DNA of 64,000 nucleotides from Streptosporangiaceae bacterium (GTDB lineage Bacteria; Actinomycetota; Actinomycetes; Streptosporangiales; Streptosporangiaceae): NCBI GenBank assembly GCA_036502085.1, contig DASXZD010000018.1, positions 16,094 to 80,093 of the forward strand, read 5' to 3'. Shown piece by piece: positions 27,768 to 36,174 of this stretch (position 1 is its first letter; each line of letters starts with the position of its first letter). The notes under the pieces were generated by a model. It saw only the letters and a program-made list of their open reading frames with translations, ran no database searches and was not told where the DNA came from. The position numbers and the translations under genes were made by a program.

Positions 27768-27991
27768 GTGATCACCTTCTCACCGATTCGCCCCGGTCCG
27801 CGAGGCCCGGCCCCAGTCGGCCCGCGGCCGGAGGCCTGGCGGCGGTCCGGGCGCGTACCGTTCGGAAAAAGTCATTTCTATTTCCGAACGGGGAAACCGG
27901 CTAGCATTCGCCGACACGCCCGTGCCCGCAGGCGACGCTCATCAGCGATCGCCCGCCGGGCCGCGGCCGTCCCGTCGCTCGCCGGCGGCCG

Positions 27992-28717
27992 CTAGCCGGG
28001 CGCGGCCTCGGCCGCGACCGCGTCGGCGAAGGCCCGCATGGACGGGAACTCCCAGTCCGGCGTGACGACCGCCGCGGGCGCCGGCGTCGCGCCCCAGCCC
28101 GGCCGGTCGTGCCGCCGGTTGATCCATACGGTCGGCAGCCCGGCCCGCCTGGCCGGCACGTGATCGTGGAACAGGCTCTGCGCCACGTGCAGCAGCCCGC
28201 CCTCCCGCACGCCCAGCCTGCGCACCTCGGCCAGCAGCGCCTCGAAGTTGCGCGGCGACGGCTTGTACGACCCGACGTCCTGCGCGGTGAGCACGCTGGC
28301 GAACTCCACGCCGAGGCGCCGTCGGCTCGCGGCGAACGAATCCCGGTCCACGTTGGACAAGATGACGAGCTTGTACCGCTGGCCCAGGGCGGTCAGCGCG
28401 TCGTGCGAGTCAGCGAACTCCGGCCAGTCCGGCACCGACCTGGCCAGTCGCTCCGCATCCTGATCGCTGACCTCGGCGCCGAGTTCCCGGCCGAGATCGC
28501 GCATGCTGCGGGCCAGGATCTGCGGGTACAGGTCGCCGGGCGACTCGGACTCGGCCAGTGCCTCATGCGTCGAATATTCCGCCAGCAGCGCCTCGTCATC
28601 GAGGTTGACCTGCCGGGACGCGGCCCACGGGGCGAGCACGGCGGCGATGCCGGTCTCCCAGTCGATGAGCGTCCCGTAGCAGTCAAAGCTCAGCGCATTG
28701 AAGTCGGTCAGCTTCAC
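27992..28717 (-). CDS. HAD-superfamily hydrolase (haloacid dehalogenase type II-like)
   Basis: FDCYGTLIDW motif I, ILSN, and SYKPSPRNF. Confidence 0.85.
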   Translation of the reverse strand: MKLTDFNALSFDCYGTLIDWETGIAAVLAPWAASRQVNLDDEALLAEYSTHEALAESESPGDLYPQILARSMRDLGRELGAEVSDQDAERLARSVPDWPEFADSHDALTALGQRYKLVILSNVDRDSFAASRRRLGVEFASVLTAQDVGSYKPSPRNFEALLAEVRRLGVREGGLLHVAQSLFHDHVPARRAGLPTVWINRRHDRPGWGATPAPAAVVTPDWEFPSMRAFADAVAAEAAPG

Positions 28718-28913
28718 GGGCTTCAGCCTGCCAGACGCCGCCGGGGCGGTCTACGAGGCAGGCGGCCGGGCGGTAGCCTGCCGCTGCTCACGGCCGGCCG
28801 TCCTCGCTTGCGGCGGGGGACTGGGCGTCGGTCGGCGTCCGCTGCCGTTGCCGCGGACCGGGGGGCGGGTGCGACGGCCGACGCTGGTGCGGGGGCGGGT
28901 AGGTTCTGGGTCC

Positions 28914-29477
28914 ATGGGTTCGGCTCCTCTTCTCGACCTGCTGGACCGCTACCGGCCCGAGGGCGAACCGGAGATCGCCGACGTGGGGCGGCTGCGGGCC
29001 CTGGTCCTGGCGGCGGATGACCCGTGGCTGCGGTCGATTCCGCTGCACGTCACCGCGTCCGCGCTGATCGTGCACCCGGCCAGCGGTGAAGTGCTGCTGC
29101 GCTGGCACCAGCGGCAGCAAGCCTGGCTCCAGGTCGGCGGGCACGGCGATCCGGGCGAGAGCGACCCGCTGGCCATCGCCCTGCGCGAGGCCCGCGAGGA
29201 GACCGGCCTGACTGACCTGGTGCCGTGGCCGGGCCCGGAGATTCGGCACGTGGCGATCGTCTCCGTGCCGGCGTCTGCGGCTGAGCCCGCGCACGAGCAC
29301 GCCGACGTGCGGTTCGTCATGGCGACGCAGGCCCCGCAGGCGGCCAGGCCGGAGAACCCCGGCGCGCCGCTTCGCTGGCTGGCCCTGCCGGACGCCTACC
29401 AGGCCACCGCCGAAGCCAACCTCACCGAAACCCTCCGCCGCGCCGAGCGCCTGCTCCATCAGTCCCCGATCGTCTAG
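28914..29477 (+). CDS. NUDIX hydrolase
   Basis: Start moved to ATG 28914. NUDIX box GGHGDPGESDPLAIALREAREETGL. Confidence 0.85.
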   Translation: MGSAPLLDLLDRYRPEGEPEIADVGRLRALVLAADDPWLRSIPLHVTASALIVHPASGEVLLRWHQRQQAWLQVGGHGDPGESDPLAIALREAREETGLTDLVPWPGPEIRHVAIVSVPASAAEPAHEHADVRFVMATQAPQAARPENPGAPLRWLALPDAYQATAEANLTETLRRAERLLHQSPIV

Positions 29478-29487
29478 CCTGCTCTGC

Positions 29488-30114
29488 GTGTCCAGTCCGC
29501 TCGGCGACATCCTCGCCCGCGCCGCGGCCGGTGCCCCGCCGCCCGCGGACAGCGGGCTGACCGTCCTGGCCCAGCCGTCCGGGCGCTACGCCGGCGTGAT
29601 CGCCTTCACCGCGCACAACATCGTCTTCGCCGACGTCGCGGCCGACTGAGTCCGCGCCAGGCTGCCGGCCGGCGACCTGGCCGCGCCGCTCAGCCCGCCG
29701 TTCCTGGTCGCGCTCTGCGAACGGCTGGGCCGCCGGGTCGGCTGCGCCGACGTGCTCACCGTGGCCACCGCGCTGCCCGGCCCGCCAGAGCTGCCGCTGG
29801 CCGAAGTCTCCGGCACCGGTCACCCGCGCGTCGAGCGTGCCCGGCGTTACCGCGACGAACTCACCGTGTGGGGCGCCGACGGCGTGGTCATCATGATTGG
29901 CCGCGGCGTGGCGGGACGCTACGAGGTCGCGGTCGAGGTAGATCCCGGCTGGCGTGGGAGAGGCCTGGGCCGTTCGGCCATGCTCGCGGCCCGCCACCTG
30001 GTGCCCGCCGGCCAGCCGCTCTGGGCGCAGATCTCGCCCGGCAACGCGGCCAGCGTCCGGACCTTCCTCGCCGCCGGCTACATCCCCATGGCCGCCGAAG
30101 CCCTCCTAACCTAA
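29488..30114 (+). pseudogene. GNAT-like acetyltransferase interrupted by an in-frame TGA
   Basis: One frame is open from GTG 29488 to 30114 except for TGA at 29647..29649 (FADVAAD-stop-VRARLPAGDL). The C-terminal part carries RGRGLGRSAM. Confidence 0.55.
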
Positions 30115-30136
30115 CGGGCCCCGCCCGACCCTCAAG

Positions 30137-30176
30137 GGGAAGGATTTTGGTCGCTGGAGCGACCAAAATCCTTCCC
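30137..30176. terminator. perfect 18-bp stem / 4-nt loop hairpin
   Basis: gggaaggattttggtcgc-tgga-gcgaccaaaatccttccc, located 22 nt after the stop at 30114. Confidence 0.75.
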
Positions 30177-30260
30177 GTACGTGGGTAACGCGCAGCCGAA
30201 TGTATTTGCCCGCGCGCTGCCGGCTCTGACTAAAGACGCGGGAGGAAATCGGAGGCGGTC

Positions 30261-32195
30261 ATGTCGCAATCGGCGATCGAAGGTCAGCTACAGGTAAGCG
30301 GCGGGGTCGGGCAGGCCCTGCTGGCCATGCTGGACACCATGGCCAGCCGGGTGCTGGGGCAGCAGCCGGTGGACAGCAAGGGAAATCCCACCGGTCAGGT
30401 CATGTACCTGCAGACGCCCACCGGTCAGCCGATCGATCCGCAGCAGTACGCCAACCCGTGGACCCCGGCGGGCGGCGACACGATGGCGGCCATCACGGGC
30501 AAGTACCTGGCCCCGAACGCCCCGGCCAGCTCGACATCCTCATCCAGTTCCTCTGGTGCGGCCAGCACACCGCCGGCGCCTCAGCTGAACAGCCAGCTGC
30601 AAGCCTCGATAGAGGCCGCGTTCCAGACCTCGCTGCTGGTCGATGAGCTGTACGAGGTGACCGGGGACGGCACCCTGCAGGGCTATCCGACGTCACGGTC
30701 GCTGAGCTTCGCCTACGGCTCGATCATCAAGGGCATGCAGCCGCTGCCTGCGCCGCCTCCGTCGGCGCAGGTGGAGCAGGCGGTGCAGGCCGCCCTGCTG
30801 AAGCTCTACACCTACGACAGCAAGGGCAACATGATCGGCCAGACGCCCGAGTACCAGGCGTACCTGGCCAACCAGATGGCCTGGGCGCAGGCCAAGGCCA
30901 ACTACGCGACCGACCAGGCGTACGCGATGGCCGATCCCATCCTGGGCAGCGCGTGGCCGGAGACCTCCGCGGTCGATCAGACCGCCGTGGATCAGGCGTA
31001 CGACACCTGGATGGCGCAAGGCGCGGCCGACATCGAGCAGGCGCTGGCCACGGTCAGCAGCGTAGGACTTGACGTGCAGGCGGCCATGGTCACCCAGGCC
31101 CGCCAGCTGTTCGACGCGTGGAACCTGGGCATCGCCGGCCTGCCCAGCGAGACGGCCTACTCGATGATCACCCCGACAAACTGGTACGACAGCACGGACG
31201 AGAGCGTCGGCTTCGAGAAGCTCACCGTGTCGTCGAACGACTGGTCCGAGCAGTCGGCCACTGCGTCGAACAGCTACGCCAGCAACTGGTACAACGGGCA
31301 GTCGTCGTCTACCAGCGGCGAAGGCGGCGCGATGTTCATGGGCTTTATGATCGGCGGCGGCGCCTCGCACTCCGACTCCAGCGATGCGCAGGGCGCCTCC
31401 GGCGGCAGCGGCAGCGTCACCACGTTCGACGACCAGACCACCAACGTGACGATCACGTTCGAGTGGGGGCTCTGCCGCATCGAGCGGCCGTGGCTGGTCA
31501 GCGACCTATTCCACATGAGCGGCTGGTACCTGGTCAACGCGAAGAAGAACAGCATCAGCGACGGCACCATCGCCGGCCAGGTGAAAAACCAGCAGCAGCT
31601 GATGCCGATGATCCCGACCGCCTTCCTGGTCGTGCGCAACGTGACGATCAAGGCGGAGAACTGGGGACAGGCGGGCATCGCCCTGGCCCAGGCCAGCCGC
31701 CAGGAGCAGAGCAGCGATCAGAGCAGCTCGAACAGCGAAACCGTCTCGGCCGGCTACCTGTTCATCGGCGGGTCGGTCTCGCACAGCGACGCCCAGGACT
31801 CCGGCCAGGGCTCCAGCGGGGCGCAGAGCTCGGGCAGCTTCTCGTTCAGCGGCGGCTCGGCCGGCGGGACGCTGACCATCCACGGCAGCCAGATCCTCGG
31901 CTGGGTCGGCGAGATCGTCCCGGCCTGTCCGTCGATCGATGACCCCGGCCTGGCCTCGTCCAGCGGCTCGGGCCAGTCCGGCAGCAGCGCCTCGGGCCAG
32001 TCCGCCTCGGGCCAGTCCGGCTCGGGTCAGTCCGGCGGCAGCGGGTCAGGACAGTCGTCCGGCGACCCGGGCCAGTCCGGCGACGATTCGTCCGCGGACC
32101 CCGGCCCGGCGCCCAGCGGACCGACGACGCTGCCGGGTGTCCCGGCCGGCGGATCCACCCCGCCGGTGCAGGTGCCCTCGGCGCCGAGTTCGTGA
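30261..32195 (+). CDS. unknown 644-aa protein (P1), paralogous to P2
   Basis: ATG follows GGAGG. No signal peptide. Ser/Gly-rich linkers. Shares several colinear motifs with the next gene. No family recognised. Confidence 0.8.
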   Translation: MSQSAIEGQLQVSGGVGQALLAMLDTMASRVLGQQPVDSKGNPTGQVMYLQTPTGQPIDPQQYANPWTPAGGDTMAAITGKYLAPNAPASSTSSSSSSGAASTPPAPQLNSQLQASIEAAFQTSLLVDELYEVTGDGTLQGYPTSRSLSFAYGSIIKGMQPLPAPPPSAQVEQAVQAALLKLYTYDSKGNMIGQTPEYQAYLANQMAWAQAKANYATDQAYAMADPILGSAWPETSAVDQTAVDQAYDTWMAQGAADIEQALATVSSVGLDVQAAMVTQARQLFDAWNLGIAGLPSETAYSMITPTNWYDSTDESVGFEKLTVSSNDWSEQSATASNSYASNWYNGQSSSTSGEGGAMFMGFMIGGGASHSDSSDAQGASGGSGSVTTFDDQTTNVTITFEWGLCRIERPWLVSDLFHMSGWYLVNAKKNSISDGTIAGQVKNQQQLMPMIPTAFLVVRNVTIKAENWGQAGIALAQASRQEQSSDQSSSNSETVSAGYLFIGGSVSHSDAQDSGQGSSGAQSSGSFSFSGGSAGGTLTIHGSQILGWVGEIVPACPSIDDPGLASSSGSGQSGSSASGQSASGQSGSGQSGGSGSGQSSGDPGQSGDDSSADPGPAPSGPTTLPGVPAGGSTPPVQVPSAPSS

Positions 32196-32211
32196 TCCAG
32201 GGAGCGCTGGC

Positions 32212-33549
32212 ATGTCTCTCACCGACACGTTCGCTGTCCTCGGGCAGCAGTTTCAGCAGGCGCTCCTGAAGATCTACGAGCCCGAGGTCGGTGGCCAGAC
32301 AAGCCTGATCTTCGTCCCCGGCGGCGTTCCGGTCTCGACGTCCGACGGCCTCGCCGAGCCCGACGCCACCGGGCAGCTCATGGTGAATCCGGCCCAGCTG
32401 ACGGCATGGCTCGACACCGTGGTGGATTCACCCCTTCAAATCGATATCCCTAACGCAGCGCTGCTGGGCAGCACGGTCACGCTCGTCTCGATGACCGCGA
32501 TCTTCCAGACCATTGCCCAGTTCGCCGTTCCGTCCGCCGATCTCGGCAGCCCCGCGGCGGTGCGCGTCGCGCAGGAGATCAGGTCAGCCGCCGCCGACAT
32601 CGGCCCGGGAGTCCTGGCCATCTCGACGGTTCCGTCGGACTGGCCGCTGCCGGATTCGACCGGCTGGAACACGTTCGAGAGCCAGCAGTCCACGGACACC
32701 CAGTCTGAGTCCGGCGGGACGCCGCCGCCCAGGCCGAATCCCCGTATCTGGCAGCTTCGCCAGCTGCCGCAGGTGTACGAGGGAGTGCCCATCACGGCCG
32801 CCAGGCCTGCGCCGGGCGCCGGGCCTGCGCCGGGCGGCGGGCCTGCGCCGGGCGGCCCGGTCAGCGCCGCGGCCGTTCAGCAGGCCTCGTCGCTCGCCCA
32901 GGAGCTGGACACGGCCAGCCCCGGCCCGGCTGACCCCGGCCTGACGGTCGCGAATACCGTCGTGGAGCCTGTGTCAGCGGTCGCGAACGGGGCGACCCTC
33001 CAGCCGCTGGTCACCGCGCAGACCGGGCGGAGGTTCCTGGCCGTCGCCCGCGCCTTTGCCCTGGCTTCGGAGCAGTCGTCGCCGGTGACCACGACTCAGC
33101 AGAGTGTCACGGTCACGATGTCGGTGGACCACATGGTCGCGACGGTGGACCGCTCGGCCTGGTGGCAGGGCAATCTTGTGACCGATCCCGGCTGGTACAT
33201 CCCCGGCGTTCCGCGCGGGCTGTATGTCGGCGAGCCCGCCGACCCGGTGAATCAGCCTTACGCGCTGCCAGTAGCGATCGTGCTGGCCAAGAACCTGTCG
33301 ATCTCGGGCACGTGGAGCAGCGACGACGCCAGCAGCCTGGTCGGCAGCGGCGTGGCCTTCGGCCCGTTCGGGCTGGCCGCCGCGCAGGTCACCTCGGAGA
33401 ACCAGGTGACCACGATCTCCGTGCCCGGCATTTCGCTGATCGCGATGTTCTGCGAGCCGCTGCCCGTGCTGCCGCCCAATGACCCGCCGGCACCGGCACC
33501 TTCAGGATCGGCAACAGACACAACCGAAAGCTCAGCCGGTTCCGGCTGA
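32212..33549 (+). CDS. unknown 445-aa protein (P2), paralogous to P1
   Basis: Start moved to ATG 32212 (MSLTDTFAVLGQQ), 16 nt after the P1 stop and preceded by AGGGAG. The upstream part of the track ORF is Arg/Pro-rich out-of-frame read-through of P1. Confidence 0.8.
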   Translation: MSLTDTFAVLGQQFQQALLKIYEPEVGGQTSLIFVPGGVPVSTSDGLAEPDATGQLMVNPAQLTAWLDTVVDSPLQIDIPNAALLGSTVTLVSMTAIFQTIAQFAVPSADLGSPAAVRVAQEIRSAAADIGPGVLAISTVPSDWPLPDSTGWNTFESQQSTDTQSESGGTPPPRPNPRIWQLRQLPQVYEGVPITAARPAPGAGPAPGGGPAPGGPVSAAAVQQASSLAQELDTASPGPADPGLTVANTVVEPVSAVANGATLQPLVTAQTGRRFLAVARAFALASEQSSPVTTTQQSVTVTMSVDHMVATVDRSAWWQGNLVTDPGWYIPGVPRGLYVGEPADPVNQPYALPVAIVLAKNLSISGTWSSDDASSLVGSGVAFGPFGLAAAQVTSENQVTTISVPGISLIAMFCEPLPVLPPNDPPAPAPSGSATDTTESSAGSG

Positions 33550-33567
33550 AAATAAGGGGGGACTCCC

Positions 33568-34895
33568 ATGTACCAGAGCGTGAAAAATGTGTTCAACTCG
33601 TTCACCGGCCGGTTCGAGGGCCGAGTGCACTGGATGTACGTCGATGTGAAGGGGCTGATCACCACCGGGGTCGGTAACCTGATCGATCCGGTCAGCATGG
33701 CTGTCGTGTTGCCGTTCCAGCACGCCAACGGCGCGGCGGCAACCCAGGCTGAGATCACGGCCGCGTGGACGGATCTGAAGAACAACAGCATCGCTTTGGG
33801 GAAGGCGGGGTACCAGGCCTGCGCCTCCCATAACGACCTGCGGCTGTCTGACCCGGCGATCGACAATCTCGTCAGCTCGAAGCTGGCCAGCAACGAGATC
33901 ACCTTCCTGCGGTCCTTTCCCGCCTTTGCGACTTGGCCCGCGGACGCCCAGCTCGCTGGGATGAGCATGTGCTGGGCGCTTGGCCCGGCGTTCGCCTCGC
34001 AATGGCCCAAGCTGGCCGCGGCGCTCAACGCGAAGGACTGGGCCACGGCCGCCGCCAACTGCAGCATTTCCACGACCGGAAACCCCGGTGTCGCGCCCCG
34101 CAATACCGCCGACATAGCGCTCTTCAACAATGCCGCCGCCGTGGCGAAGAACGGTGCGGACCCGTCGGTCGTCTACTACCCGGGAAGCGTGCCCGCGAGC
34201 TCCGCGGTCGGCCCCGGCAGCGGTTCGCCCGGCTCGACCAGCGGGGCGCCCAGCGGCAGCGGCAGCGGCACGTCCGGTTCGTCGCCCAGCGGATCCTCCG
34301 GCTCGAGCACCTCAAAGTCATCAACCCCCGGCAACACGGCCTCCAGCCCCACCTCCTCCAGTTCCAGCTCCGGCAGCGACCCCTCTGACGGCAGCACCGA
34401 CTCCACCGACCCGTCCTCCGACGACACCGGCACCGGCAGCACGGCGGACGGCGCGGGCTCCGACTCGACCGATAGCACCGGCGACACCAGTGACGGCACT
34501 GACAGCGGCGATGGCTCGGCCGATGGCGGCGCGCCGGTACTGACGGTTCGGCCGATGGCAGCGACAGTTCGGCCGGAAGCGGTGCCACGACCGATGGCAG
34601 CGATGGCTCGACTGACGGCAGCGACGGCGCTGACAGCAGCGGCGACTCGCCGGACGGCAGCAGCGACTCCAGTTCCGACGGCACCGACGCGTCGGGCGAC
34701 TCTACCGATGGCAGCGGCGACTCGTCCGGCGGCAGCGGCTCCGGCGGCACCGACGCGTCGGGCGACTCTACCGATGGCAGCGGCGACTCGTCCGGCGGCA
34801 GCGGCTCCGGCGACAGCGGTGGCTCGACCGATGGCAGCGGCGACTCGGGCGATGGAGGCGGTGCCTCAGCGGATAGCAGCGGCGATGGTTCCTAA
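33568..34895 (+). CDS. leaderless T4-lysozyme-like (GH24-type) protein with a long Ser/Gly/Asp/Thr tail; apparent -1 frameshift near 34530
   Basis: FEGRVHWMYVDVKGLITTGVGNLID. Glu17/Asp26/Thr32 have the same spacing as E11/D20/T26 of T4 lysozyme. The tail continues with the same composition and high GC3 in the -1 frame, ending at TAA 34893..34895. Confidence 0.7.
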
Positions 34896-35165
34896 CCTGG
34901 CCGGCCCACCCTGGCCAGCGGCGGCACCGCCAGCGGAGGGTGGTGAATCCGCGCTTTGCTTCCCTTCGGTGGGATGCAAACCGCACATCGACCCCCATGG
35001 TCTGGCTGGCGTGGCCTCTGTGGCACTCGTCCAGCCGGGCGCTGGGGATGGCGGCTGAGCTGCGCTTCTGGAACGGATCGTGGCTGACGGGCTGGGGGAG
35101 GGACGGGCGGGGTTGGCGGGGGCGGGGCTATCGTCGCTGTCAGGCGGAGCTGACCGGAGGTCCCC

Positions 35166-35981
35166 ATGCCCGCAGACATGAACGAGCTCGCCGATGACCT
35201 GGCGGCGGAGTCGGCCGTTGTCCGGGGGCTCGTCGCCGGGCTAGACGAACCGGGCTGGCGCCAGGACACCCCGGCGCCCGGCTGGAGCATTGCCGACCAG
35301 ATCAGTCACCTGGCGCACTTCGACGACGCCGCGGTCAAGTCGGCGGCCGAGCCCGAGTCGTTCCGTGCCGATATGGTCGGCCTGGCCGAGATGGGCGGGC
35401 TCGACCCCGATACGATAGCCAAGCGGTACCGCGCGATCCCGCCGGCGGCGCTGCTCGACTGGTTCGATAGCGCCCGTGCCCGGCTGCTTGACACGTTCAG
35501 GCCCATGGACCCGTCGGCGCGGGTGCCGTGGTTTGGGGTGCAGATGAGCGCGGCCTCGTCGCTAACGGCCAGGATCATGGAAACCTGGGCGCACGGGCAG
35601 GACATCGCCGACACGCTTGGCGTCCGCCGGGAGCCGACCGCCCGGCTGCGGCACGTGGCGCATATCGGCATCTCGGCCCGGCCGTTCAGCTTCGCCGCCA
35701 ACGGACTGCCCGTGCCCGAGCAGCCAGTGCGGATCGAACTGATCGCGCCCGGCGGGGGGGACATGTGGCTGTGGGGACCGCCTGGTGCCGCCGACCGGGT
35801 GGCCGGCAGCGCGCTGGACTTCTGCCTGGCCGTCACCCAGCGGCGGCACATCGACGACACCTCGCTGGTCATCTCCGGCCCGGTCGCCACCGAATGGATG
35901 TCGATCGCCCAGGCCTTCGCCGGCCCGCCCGGACCGGGCAGGCGGCCCGGGCAGTTCCGTCGCGGGCCAGCCGGGTGGTGA
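35166..35981 (+). CDS. DinB/maleylpyruvate-isomerase-like metal-binding protein (TIGR03084-like)
   Basis: WSIADQISHLAHFDD and METWAHGQDIADTLG. Confidence 0.7.
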   Translation: MPADMNELADDLAAESAVVRGLVAGLDEPGWRQDTPAPGWSIADQISHLAHFDDAAVKSAAEPESFRADMVGLAEMGGLDPDTIAKRYRAIPPAALLDWFDSARARLLDTFRPMDPSARVPWFGVQMSAASSLTARIMETWAHGQDIADTLGVRREPTARLRHVAHIGISARPFSFAANGLPVPEQPVRIELIAPGGGDMWLWGPPGAADRVAGSALDFCLAVTQRRHIDDTSLVISGPVATEWMSIAQAFAGPPGPGRRPGQFRRGPAGW

Positions 35982-36059
35982 CTCCAGGGATGTTGATCGC
36001 CCAGGCCTTCGCGGGGTTGCCCGGGCCGGGCAGGCGGCCCGGGCAGTTCCGTCGCGGGG
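35903..36059 (+). repeat. 92-nt-period tandem duplication spanning the 3' end of the preceding gene
   Basis: gatcgcccaggccttcgc...ggcaggcggcccgggcagttccgtcgcggg at 35903..35967 and again at 35995..36059. A further ggttggtggccggccggcc x2 lies at about 36083..36122. Confidence 0.8.
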
Positions 36060-36174
36060 CGGCTGGCCGGCCGCTCCGCTGGGTTGGTGGCCGGCCGGCC
36101 TTCGGGGTTGGTGGCCGGCCGGCCCGCGGGCTGGTGAGCAGCCAGCCCGCGGGGCTCGTGATGGGCGGACTGGG

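Noticed and set aside
29647-29649. In-frame TGA as selenocysteine or other recoding
   Set aside because: There is no obvious SECIS-like hairpin immediately downstream, and a Trp is expected at this position. A nonsense mutation or base-call error is the simpler explanation.
34896-35058. Frame-0 continuation of the lysozyme-like ORF to 35058 (Ala/Pro/Thr/Arg-rich tail)
   Set aside because: GC3 drops and the composition changes abruptly at about 34530, while the -1 frame keeps the earlier composition and ends at 34895. It is kept only as an alternative in the frameshift finding.
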